Source: Candidatus Saccharimonadota bacterium (GTDB lineage Bacteria > Patescibacteriota > Gracilibacteria > UBA1369 > 2-02-FULL-48-14). From it: a stretch of 32,000 nt of DNA. Below are positions 1 through 7,260 of this stretch, piece after piece. The stretch is taken from the NCBI GenBank assembly GCA_016699145.1, contig CP064962.1, positions 120,001 through 152,000 on the forward strand, in the 5' to 3' direction. Both the position numbers and the translations under genes were made by a program. Under the pieces are notes generated by a model, which saw only the letters and a program-made list of their open reading frames with translations, was not told the DNA's origin and searched no databases. Numbering within the stretch: position 1 is the first letter of the stretch; the number at the start of each line of letters is the position of its first letter.

Positions 1-612
1 ATGCTTTGGGCGGCTTCTATGTTCTCATGGTTCTTCCTTTCCGCTCTTTATCTACAGCTCGTGCTCGGTTACAGTCCGCTCTTTGTGGGACTGGCCTTCC
101 TCCCATGCAACATCATCATGGCCATTTTGTCACTCGGTGTTTCTGCCAAGCTAGTCATTCGTTTCGGGATCCGCCCCACGCTTATGGTCGGACTCGCTTT
201 GATCACAGCAGGACTGGGGTTCTTTGTACTCGCTCCAATGGAAGGAACTTTTGTGATGAACGTGATGCCCAGCATGATCCTCTTTGGCCTCGGAGGAGGA
301 ATTGCCTTCAACCCGCTCTTGCTCGCTGCCATGAACGATGTGAAACAAGAAGACTCCGGCCTCGCCTCGGGAATGATCAACACTTCCTTCATGATGGGTG
401 GAGCGCTTGGACTCGCTATTTTAGCCAGTCTCGCCTCGTCTCGTTCTGCCAGTTTGCTCGCCTCAGGAGCAGAAGAAATGGTGGCCTTACTGGGTGGCTA
501 CCACGCCGCTTTCTTTGCCGGAACTCTCTTTTCTGGACTTGCGCTACTATTGGCCACTCTGCTTAAAATCAAGAAGCCCACTAAGGAGCCTAGCGCTGCG
601 GTACATTTTTAG
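1..612 (+). CDS. MFS-type transporter, C-terminal part (5' end lies outside the window)
   Basis: The ORF is open at the window edge. It has successive hydrophobic helices with Gly-rich motifs (GLGGGIAFNPLL, MMGGALGLAILASLA) typical of drug:H+ antiporter MFS proteins. TAG stop at 610-612. Confidence 0.75.
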   Translation: MLWAASMFSWFFLSALYLQLVLGYSPLFVGLAFLPCNIIMAILSLGVSAKLVIRFGIRPTLMVGLALITAGLGFFVLAPMEGTFVMNVMPSMILFGLGGGIAFNPLLLAAMNDVKQEDSGLASGMINTSFMMGGALGLAILASLASSRSASLLASGAEEMVALLGGYHAAFFAGTLFSGLALLLATLLKIKKPTKEPSAAVHF

Positions 613-744
613 CAGAATGTTTTCAGGTTTTTTGATAAACAAAAAACCCCTCAGAAGAGGAGTATTTGCGTCACCCGCGAGTTACTGTAGCTGAACAGCC
701 CTTGGATATTTTAAGAATAACACAAAGCAGTATAAAATGGCAAC

Positions 745-1263
745 ATGAATAAAGCCCTCCCTCTCCGTTGGTTCAACCGCCCCACCGTGGACGTCGCCCG
801 TGACCTCCTCGGCAAATACCTCGTGCGCCGCTTTCCGGATGGCACTGAGCACGCCTACCGCATCACCGAGACCGAAGCCTACGACGGACCCGAGGACCTC
901 GCGTGCCACGCTTCCAAAGGACGCACGCCCCGCACCGAAGTGATGTTCGGCGAAGCCGGTCACTTTTACGTCTACTTCGTCTACGGCATTCACTGGCTCC
1001 TCAACATCGTCACCGGCCCCACAGATTTCCCATCCGCCGTCCTCATCCGCGGACTCGAAGGCCTTAGCGGCCCCGCCCGCCTCACCAAAGCCCTTCAGAT
1101 CGATAAGAGTTTTTACGGCAAACCAGCCACTCCTAAATCAGATTTGTGGTTTGAAGACCGCGGCGAAAAGGTGGATCAGATCCTCGCAACCCCTCGGATT
1201 GGAGTGGATTATGCGGGGAAAGAATGGGCAAGGAAGGAGTGGAGGTTTGTGATAAAAATTTAA
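745..1263 (+). CDS. mpg: DNA-3-methyladenine glycosylase (MPG/AAG family)
   Basis: 172 aa. The N-terminal pattern (F..PT..VARDLLGK.LVR), ITETEAY..PED.A.HA..GRT.R...MFG..GH.YVY..YG and the RIGV end are characteristic of the MPG family (PF02245). Confidence 0.85.
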   Translation: MNKALPLRWFNRPTVDVARDLLGKYLVRRFPDGTEHAYRITETEAYDGPEDLACHASKGRTPRTEVMFGEAGHFYVYFVYGIHWLLNIVTGPTDFPSAVLIRGLEGLSGPARLTKALQIDKSFYGKPATPKSDLWFEDRGEKVDQILATPRIGVDYAGKEWARKEWRFVIKI

Positions 1264-1294
1264 AAAGGCGGCTACCACTCCGTAACCGCCTTTT
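1263..1294. terminator. Bidirectional rho-independent terminator hairpin between convergent genes
   Basis: AAAAGGCGGcTAC-cactcc-GTAaCCGCCTTTT. A GC-rich stem (GGCGG/CCGCC plus TAC/GTA) is flanked by an A-tract and a T-tract. It sits directly after the mpg stop and after the stop of the minus-strand small ORF. Confidence 0.55.
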
Positions 1295-1306
1295 CGGGCA
1301 GATCAA

Positions 1307-1444
1307 CTACTTTGTGTCACCATTGCCGGATTTCGGCATGCGCTCTACAACGTATTTCTCTGGATTCCCCCTTGCCTTCTCAACTGGTACCAATCTTCCC
1401 GTTAGGGCATTGCGTCCAATAAGGAATGTTTTAGCCGTGCTCAT
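1307..1444 (-). CDS. Small conserved-looking hypothetical protein (45 aa), below the ORF-track size cut-off
   Basis: Manual reverse-strand translation gives MSTAKTFLIGRNALTGRLVPVEKARGNPEKYVVERMPKSGNGDTK. ATG at 1444-1442 is preceded by GAGGT 9 nt upstream; TAG stop at 1309-1307. It ends at the shared terminator hairpin. Confidence 0.45.
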   Translation of the reverse strand: MSTAKTFLIGRNALTGRLVPVEKARGNPEKYVVERMPKSGNGDTK

Positions 1445-1620
1445 AGGTTTCAGACCTCATTTTTGAATCTCGGGCTCGACCAACCTTCGCGAGTCTTCAA
1501 GAGGAGGAAGAACTCGGTGTTTTATCACGGGATAATCGTACCAAAGAGAGCTTAGTTTTGTAAAGAATTTATTACAAAATGCAATAAAAACGAGCTAAAA
1601 TAGATAATTTGTGTGAATAC

Positions 1621-1648
1621 TTGACTTTTAAGTAGATCGAAGTATCAT
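1621..1648 (+). promoter_or_regulatory. Putative sigma70-type promoter of the island-1 cassette
   Basis: TTGACT (1621-1626), a 16-nt spacer, then TATCAT (1643-1648). This lies only 4 nt upstream of ATG 1653, so the transcript would be leaderless or near-leaderless, or the real start is ATG 1677. Confidence 0.35.
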
Positions 1649-1652
1649 GTAG

Positions 1653-2369
1653 ATGAATCGCCTTAACCACTCGCTCATGAAGGATTTTATTACCAAGCTT
1701 CGCAAGTCTGCAGGACTTTCTCAAGAAGAGCTTGCTCAAAAATTAGGGTTTTCGCGACCCACTCTTGTTGCGATAGAGAAGGGTGAAAGAGACGTCACTC
1801 TCAATGAACTCAAACAAATATCGGAAATTTTCGACATTCCGCTTGAGATAATTCTGGATCAGGAAATGGAAGTAACTCAAAAAATAGAGGCGCAAAACTT
1901 TAGTGAAAAAACTTTTATTAAGTTTCAGAATCTTATTCTTCAATGTATTAAATATGGAGCTGATACTGATGGGAAAATTACAAAAACTAAACTGGCAAAA
2001 CTAGTATATCTATGTGATTTTGCGAACTATTACAAAACTTTAAAACCAATTTCTGGATTTGAATACCGTAGATTCGCCAGAGGACCTGTAGCAATTGAAT
2101 TTTTTGATATTATCGATAACGATGAATCTCTTAGTGCTGAGAAAAATGGCACTGCAGTAATGGTCTCTTTAGTGGAACAACCAGATGACACTGTTCTTAA
2201 TAAAGAAGAATTAGAACTTATTAAAGCTGTCTGCAAAAAATGGAAAAAGGCTACCACTCAACAGATTGTAGATTTCACTCATAAACAAATGCCTTGGGCT
2301 ATGTGTAAAGATAGGGAAGTCATTCCGTATCAACTCATCAATAACGAAGCTCCAGAGAATGTTTATTAA
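1653..2369 (+). CDS. XRE-family HTH fused to a Panacea (DUF4065, SocA/GepA-like) domain; putative PanA-type antitoxin/regulator
   Basis: The N-terminus (LRKSAGLSQEELAQKLGFSRPTLVAIEKGERDVTLNELKQISEIF) is a Cro/C1-type HTH. The C-terminus (KTKLAKLVYLCDF...ISGFEYRRFARGPV ... LNKEELELIKAVCKKW...TTQQIVDFTHKQMPW) fits the DUF4065/Panacea pattern. Confidence 0.75.
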   Translation: MNRLNHSLMKDFITKLRKSAGLSQEELAQKLGFSRPTLVAIEKGERDVTLNELKQISEIFDIPLEIILDQEMEVTQKIEAQNFSEKTFIKFQNLILQCIKYGADTDGKITKTKLAKLVYLCDFANYYKTLKPISGFEYRRFARGPVAIEFFDIIDNDESLSAEKNGTAVMVSLVEQPDDTVLNKEELELIKAVCKKWKKATTQQIVDFTHKQMPWAMCKDREVIPYQLINNEAPENVY

Positions 2370-2772
2370 AGATTTATCCTATCAAATTGAATTTTCTTCA
2401 TACTGCGAAAGACATTTCTGTAAAGATTTTCTAAAAAAATATAAAACACGTCAGTGGCTTGAAACGAGGAAAACTATTATAGCTACCTTAGAACGTGCCT
2501 ATGCTTTTCAAAATACTGGGCTAATTGATAATTTAAAATTCTCCCAAGAAGATGGGGTAGGAATCTTCAAACTTGATTTTAGAGTTGCTGGAACAAACTT
2601 TTCTCCAAAAACATCAGGAAATCGGGTGATTTTTTCTCTTTCCATTAATGCGGTAAAAATTAAAGTTTTACTCGTCTACGGTAAGGATCACTGCGATAAA
2701 AAACATTCAGAGACGCAGTGGATATTGGAGCAAATTAAAGCAAATTTCCCTGAATACCGAAAATATTGTTAA
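2359..2772 (+). CDS. Small toxin-like protein (137 aa), translationally coupled to the Panacea-domain gene
   Basis: ATG 2359 overlaps the upstream stop by 11 nt. A helical N-terminus is followed by strand-like GIFKLDFRV...SGNRVIFSL...KIKVLLVYGKDH, a pattern-level resemblance to RelE/ParE-fold toxins. Function is unverified. Confidence 0.5.
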   Translation: MFIKDLSYQIEFSSYCERHFCKDFLKKYKTRQWLETRKTIIATLERAYAFQNTGLIDNLKFSQEDGVGIFKLDFRVAGTNFSPKTSGNRVIFSLSINAVKIKVLLVYGKDHCDKKHSETQWILEQIKANFPEYRKYC

Positions 2773-2805
2773 TTATAGTGTAAATAACTTACCGTCTCCA
2801 TCTAT

Positions 2806-3444
2806 ATGGTAAAAAATCATAAAAGAACATCAACCGATAGTTTTTTTGAAACTCATGTACTAGAGTCGGTCATGGAAAACTTGATACAAAAGGGTTACCC
2901 TCCAGAAACATTATCTACATGTTGGAATCAAGATGGTTATATTTTTGATTTAGCAGTGGTGGATAATACAACCAATGAATTAATAGCTGTAATTGAGACT
3001 CAAATTCAAAACCCTATTATAGCGACCAGCACTAACTTAAGAGATAGTCTGAAAAAATATTCAGAAATAGCTCGACTCAGTAAGGTTATTCTTTTTATTG
3101 TTAGTCTTTCTAATTCAACACTTAAATTTTCTCAATTTGTACCCGATAAAGAAGATAATGAAAAGGGAACTTTCGTACCTATAGATTCACTGCCTTCTTT
3201 TGAGGTTCTTAGAGAGAAAATTTTAGGCATAAAGAGGAAAGAAACTAGAGACCAAATAAGGAACATTTGTAGCCTTTTATTCGTACTGACGCTGCTAGTC
3301 TTATTAGCTGATTTTTTTAATTATATCGAGGTCAGCTTCGAAAGATTAACACTCCTGGGTGCCTTGGCCGTATTTGCGCTAGTCCCCCATGCTAATAAAC
3401 TTAAAATATTGAACATAGAGTTTGAGAGAAAGAAGTCAGAGTAG
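2806..3444 (+). CDS. Membrane-anchored protein with an N-terminal HsdR_N-like (PD-(D/E)xK-fold) domain
   Basis: KGYPPETL...GYIFDLAVVDNTTNELIAVIETQ resembles the type I restriction enzyme R N-terminal domain (D...E-x-K core, here E-T-Q). Two C-terminal hydrophobic helices are present (ICSLLFVLTLLVLLADFF and LTLLGALAVFALV). Same strand, 33 nt after the toxin-like ORF. Confidence 0.55.
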   Translation: MVKNHKRTSTDSFFETHVLESVMENLIQKGYPPETLSTCWNQDGYIFDLAVVDNTTNELIAVIETQIQNPIIATSTNLRDSLKKYSEIARLSKVILFIVSLSNSTLKFSQFVPDKEDNEKGTFVPIDSLPSFEVLREKILGIKRKETRDQIRNICSLLFVLTLLVLLADFFNYIEVSFERLTLLGALAVFALVPHANKLKILNIEFERKKSE

Positions 3445-3504
3445 TTTCAGCTTGCCCCTCCCGTCATCCTTCCCTAAAATAAAACTACCCCTAACTCATC
3501 CCCG

Positions 3505-4479
3505 ATGCTCGACGCTGCTGTCATTGCCTCTCAGATCCCGCATGTTCTGAAAGGCACGAATTTTACGAACCTTGGAACCCGTTACGAAGGAAAAGTGCGA
3601 GACAATTACACTCAGGGCGACAGACGCATCCTCATCACAACCGATCGTCTTTCCGCCTTCGATCGCATCATCGCGCTCATCCCATTCAAGGGGGAAGTGC
3701 TCAATGCCATCACCAAATTCTGGTTTGAAAACACCAAGGACATCTGCCCGAACTACATCGAATCCTACCCAGACCCCAACGTAATCGTGGGCACCGAATG
3801 CAAGCCGCTCATGATCGAGATGATCGTGCGCGGCTACATCACCGGCTCCACCACCACCTCCATCTGGTATAATTACAACGAAAAGGGCATGCGCAACTTT
3901 TGTGGAAACGAACTGCCCGAAGGACTCAAAAAGAACATGCGTTTGCCCATGCCGATCATCACGCCCACGACCAAGGCCGCTCACGGAGCGCACGACGAAA
4001 ACGTGACACCTCAACAAGCCGTTGAAATGGGACTCGTGACCCAAGAGGAATGGGATCAACTCGCGAACTACGCCCTCGGACTCTACGCTCGTGGAGTGGA
4101 AGTGGCCGCTCGACAAGGAGTGATTCTCGTGGACACCAAATACGAATTCGGCCGTATGCCGGATGGAAAGATCGTGGTGATCGATGAGATCCACACGCCA
4201 GACTCCTCCCGTTTCTGGATCGCAGACACCTACGAAGCCAAGATGGCTGCGGGCGAAGAACCCGACAACATCAACAAGGAGTTCCTCCGCCTCTGGCTTT
4301 CCAATCAAGGTTACCGTGGGGAAGGAGAAATGCCCGTGATTCCTCAGGAAATTTTGATCGAAACCGCCCAAAAATACATGCAAGCCTACGAAATGATCAC
4401 TGGACAAAAGTTCGAAGCCACTCCCGGCGACGTTCAAGCTCGTTTGCAACAAAACCTCACTCCTTACTTCATCAAGTAA
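3505..4479 (+). CDS. purC: Phosphoribosylaminoimidazole-succinocarboxamide (SAICAR) synthase, long form
   Basis: 324 aa. GKVRDNY...ILITTDRLSAFD, MIVRGYITGS and ILVDTKYEFG are classical PurC motifs. Confidence 0.9.
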   Translation: MLDAAVIASQIPHVLKGTNFTNLGTRYEGKVRDNYTQGDRRILITTDRLSAFDRIIALIPFKGEVLNAITKFWFENTKDICPNYIESYPDPNVIVGTECKPLMIEMIVRGYITGSTTTSIWYNYNEKGMRNFCGNELPEGLKKNMRLPMPIITPTTKAAHGAHDENVTPQQAVEMGLVTQEEWDQLANYALGLYARGVEVAARQGVILVDTKYEFGRMPDGKIVVIDEIHTPDSSRFWIADTYEAKMAAGEEPDNINKEFLRLWLSNQGYRGEGEMPVIPQEILIETAQKYMQAYEMITGQKFEATPGDVQARLQQNLTPYFIK

Positions 4480-4490
4480 CCCCGAACCCC

Positions 4491-4961
4491 ATGATTGTAC
4501 CCTTTCTCCTCGGTTCCAAAGTCGACCTCGACCACGCGAAGAACATCGCCAAAGTCCTCGATGACTACGGCGTGAAGTATGAAATCTATGTATCCAGCGC
4601 CCACAAGGTGCCCGAAAAGACCCTCGAAATCATCAAGAAGTTCAACGAAAAGAAAGAGACGGTGGTCTGGGTGAACATGGCCGGACGCAGCAACGCGCTC
4701 AGCGGGCTCGTTTCTGCAAACTCTCACTTTCCAGTGCTCGCTTGCCCTCCATTCAAGGATTACGCAGACTATCTCGCGAACATCCATTCCACCTTGCAAA
4801 TGCCCGGTGAAACCCCCGCCATCACCGTAGTGGACCCCAAGAATGCGGCTCAAGCCGTCGTGCGCATCCTCGCGCTCACCGACAAAGACCTCGCGAAGAA
4901 AGTGAAAAATCACATCAAAGTCGTTCAAAATTCCTTTGAAATCAAACCTGTCTCACTGTAG
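4491..4961 (+). CDS. purE: PurE-family AIR carboxylase / N5-CAIR mutase, class-II-like
   Basis: 156 aa. GSKVD...SAHKVP...AGRSNALSGLVSANSHFPVLACPP. SAHK and CPP resemble class II PurE (as in PAICS) rather than the class I SAHRTP motif. Confidence 0.8.
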   Translation: MIVPFLLGSKVDLDHAKNIAKVLDDYGVKYEIYVSSAHKVPEKTLEIIKKFNEKKETVVWVNMAGRSNALSGLVSANSHFPVLACPPFKDYADYLANIHSTLQMPGETPAITVVDPKNAAQAVVRILALTDKDLAKKVKNHIKVVQNSFEIKPVSL

Positions 4962-4975
4962 TCACCTACTCAAAA

Positions 4976-6316
4976 ATGCATAAAACACTCTCTCCGCTCG
5001 ACGGCCGTTACTCAGAAAAAGTCACCGAATTGACCGAAATTTTCTCGGAAGCGGGACTCATTCGCAGCCGCATCGCGGTGGAAGTCGAATGGCTGATCTT
5101 CGTTTGCAACACCCTCAAATTAGAAGGAGCTGGCCATCTTGAAAAATTGGAGGTGGAATCGCTCCGCAAACTTTACATTCAATTCCAGGACGAGTTTGCC
5201 GAAGAAGTGAAGGAACTCGAAAAGACCACCAATCACGACGTGAAAGCCGTGGAATATTTTTTGCAAAAAGCTCTCAAGGTGCTGGGCCGCGAAGACCTCG
5301 TGCCCTTCATCCATTTTGCCTGCACCAGCGAAGACATCAACAACTTGGCCTACGCCCAAATGATGAAAGCGGGACTGAACAGCGTACTCCTCAAGTCCCT
5401 CGAAAAAGTACTCGCCAAACTCAAAGAACTTTCGGAAACCTATCGCAAAGTGCCCATGATGGCGCACACCCACGGCCAGCCCGCAACACCAACCACCGTC
5501 GGAAAAGAATTCAAAAACATCGGCGCGCGTCTCTTCCGCCAATATGAGTTTTTGACCAAGGCCGAATTTTTTGGAAAGATCAACGGCGCAACAGGGAACT
5601 TCAACGCCCACCTCGTGGCTTACCCAAAAGTGGATTGGATTGCCGCCAGCAAACAATTTGTAGAACATCTCGAACTGACCTGGCAGCGTTACACCACCCA
5701 GATAGAACCCCACGACTACATGGCCGAGATTTTCGATGCCATGCGTCGGGTCAACACCGTACTCCTCGATGCCAGCCGCGACCTTTGGTCCTACATCGCC
5801 ATGGGCTATTTCAAACAAAAGGTGATCGAGGGGGAAGTGGGTTCGTCCACCATGCCACACAAAGTGAATCCCATCGACTTTGAAAATGCCGAAGGGAACC
5901 TCGGTCTTGCGAACGCCCTACTCACACATTTCAGCGAAAAACTACCCATCAGCCGCATGCAACGCGATCTGACCGATTCCACCGTGCTCCGCAACATAGG
6001 TCTCGCGTTCGGTTATTCCCTCCTCGCTTACAAGAGCCTGCTCAAAGGCCTCGATAAACTTGAGGTGAACGAGACTAAACTTGCCACCGACCTCGATGCC
6101 AATTGGGCCCTGCTCGCCGAACCCATCCAAACGGTGCTCCGCCGCTACGGCGTTAAGGACGCCTATGAACAACTCAAAGCCCTCACTCGTGGCACCGACG
6201 TGAACCAAGAAACCATCCGCAGCTTCGTGGAAGGCCTCACCATTCCCGAGGATGCAAAAAACCGCTTGCTGGAACTCACTCCAAGCAAGTACATCGGACT
6301 TGCAGCTTTGCTATAA
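4976..6316 (+). CDS. purB: Adenylosuccinate lyase
   Basis: 446 aa. LSPLDGRY start, HFACTSEDINN, and the fumarate-lyase signature GSSTMPHKVNP. Confidence 0.92.
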   Translation: MHKTLSPLDGRYSEKVTELTEIFSEAGLIRSRIAVEVEWLIFVCNTLKLEGAGHLEKLEVESLRKLYIQFQDEFAEEVKELEKTTNHDVKAVEYFLQKALKVLGREDLVPFIHFACTSEDINNLAYAQMMKAGLNSVLLKSLEKVLAKLKELSETYRKVPMMAHTHGQPATPTTVGKEFKNIGARLFRQYEFLTKAEFFGKINGATGNFNAHLVAYPKVDWIAASKQFVEHLELTWQRYTTQIEPHDYMAEIFDAMRRVNTVLLDASRDLWSYIAMGYFKQKVIEGEVGSSTMPHKVNPIDFENAEGNLGLANALLTHFSEKLPISRMQRDLTDSTVLRNIGLAFGYSLLAYKSLLKGLDKLEVNETKLATDLDANWALLAEPIQTVLRRYGVKDAYEQLKALTRGTDVNQETIRSFVEGLTIPEDAKNRLLELTPSKYIGLAALL

Positions 6317-6374
6317 AATATCAGCTTTACTTTTAGAATAACAGTGTTATAATTAAGGATCTAGAATTCTTTAC

Positions 6375-6635
6375 ATGGCTGATTCAACAGGTATAAAACT
6401 AGGCGATACGGTACAAAACGACACAGAAGAAATTGGGAGAGCATTAGGAGTAATAGAAATTCAGAAAGGTGCGATTAGGCAAAAAGATGAGGAGCAAAAA
6501 GCGGCTCGAGCTGCCCATGTTGAGCGAATAAATCAAGTCACAGTTCTTCCAACAGAATTTTCAAATTTCGATGCGTTTAAAGCATATCTTGAAGGAATGA
6601 ACCTCCCCGAGCTTACGCTCGGGGTTTCAGCCTAG
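6375..6635 (+). CDS. Hypothetical protein (86 aa) whose 3' end runs into the IS200-like element
   Basis: Low-GC ORF. The last ~10 codons (NLPELTLGVSA*) are encoded by the terminal hairpin of the IS, so the reading frame is probably truncated or fused by the insertion. Confidence 0.4.
   Translation: MADSTGIKLGDTVQNDTEEIGRALGVIEIQKGAIRQKDEEQKAARAAHVERINQVTVLPTEFSNFDAFKAYLEGMNLPELTLGVSA
6605..6624. repeat. IS200-like end hairpin (right end relative to tnpA)
   Basis: Perfect 8-bp stem CCCCGAGC/GCTCGGGG with a TTAC loop. Confidence 0.8.
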
Positions 6636-7060
6636 TTCAAGCTGCGCTTGGCCCGCATCTTCTTCGCCCTGTTGTTGGATATACTTTCGAATGACCTCCT
6701 CGTTAATCCCAACTGTGGAGGCAAAGTAACCTGCCGACCAAATACTTCTCGTCCCCAGTCCACTTTTCTAAGAAACGGAAACTTTATGTTCAACTCACGA
6801 GCTGTGTTGGCTTTTATTATTCTCACCACCTCTCCCACTGCTATTTGTGGAGGTATGGAAATTAAAATATGTACATGGTCTAAATCCGTGTTTACCTCTT
6901 TCACCACCAGTTCCGGATAGTACTTCGGAATATCCTTCATCACTTCCTGCAGAAAAGCCAACACACCTTCGTTGAATATCTTCCGACGGTATTTGGTCGG
7001 CCAAACTAAGTGATAGTCACAGATGAAAACTGCGTGTGAGCTTTTTCGTAGCTTCTTCAT
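6627..7060 (-). CDS. tnpA: IS200/IS605-family transposase TnpA (Y1/HUH), interrupted by a 1-nt frameshift near 6746-6747
   Basis: The N-terminal frame gives HLVWPTKYRRKIF...DLDHVHILISIPP (HUH motif). After ...KVDWGRE the canonical C-terminus SIWSAGYFASTVGINEEVIRKYIQQQGEEDAGQAQLELG* is found only in the -1 frame (stop at 6629-6627). The track ORF 6632..7060 ends in out-of-frame sequence. Confidence 0.8.
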
Positions 7061-7105
7061 GCCTCCACTTTACACCACCACGAAGATGCGGGCACCCACT
7101 ACATC

Positions 7106-7125
7106 CCTCGGGCTTACGCCCGGGG
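7106..7125. repeat. IS200-like end hairpin (left end relative to tnpA)
   Basis: 8-bp stem CCTCGGGC/GCCCGGGG with one G-T wobble and a TTAC loop. It is a homologue of the 6605-6624 hairpin. Confidence 0.8.
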
Positions 7126-7260
7126 AACTACGTCAGTTGATTAGATGTCGATCGAGGGCTCTTATATTTTAGAGAAGGATACATTTATGCGAATGGAGAG
7201 GAAAAACTGGCTCACGTAGATGCAAAAAGCGGGAAGATTTCCATCTATAACCTTTTAGCA

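Larger units (their letters stand above)
6590..7145 (-). mobile_element. IS200/IS605-family insertion sequence (boundaries approximate, +/-30 nt)
   Basis: A Y1 (HUH) transposase gene is flanked by two near-identical subterminal hairpins: CCCCGAGC-TTAC-GCTCGGGG (6605-6624) and CCTCGGGC-TTAC-GCCCGGGG (7106-7125). Confidence 0.75.

Noticed and set aside
1224-1466. 80-aa plus-strand ORF downstream of mpg
   Set aside because: It starts inside mpg, runs through the terminator hairpin and has an implausible composition. The minus strand holds a better-supported 45-aa ORF with an RBS.
1466-1560. Possible tRNA/tmRNA attachment site or integrase remnant at the island-1 border; the same was considered at the island-2 borders (6317-6374 and 9955-10014)
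   Set aside because: There are no T-loop-like GGTTCGAnnCC motifs on either strand, no acceptor-stem pairing, no integrase-like ORF and no flanking direct repeats. Only an imperfect hairpin (AGTCTTC...GAAGAACT) is present.
3496-4452. 318-aa ORF antisense to purC. Similar long antisense ORFs occur at 5120..5860, 10123..11154, 13211..13738, 17661..18197, 18456..18983, 20497..20991 and 22805..23308.
   Set aside because: Each lies entirely opposite a gene with strong family motifs. Their translations are low-complexity (rich in G, V, H, F and E) with no recognisable motifs. Stop-free antisense frames are an expected by-product of the codon bias of the ~50%-GC backbone genes.
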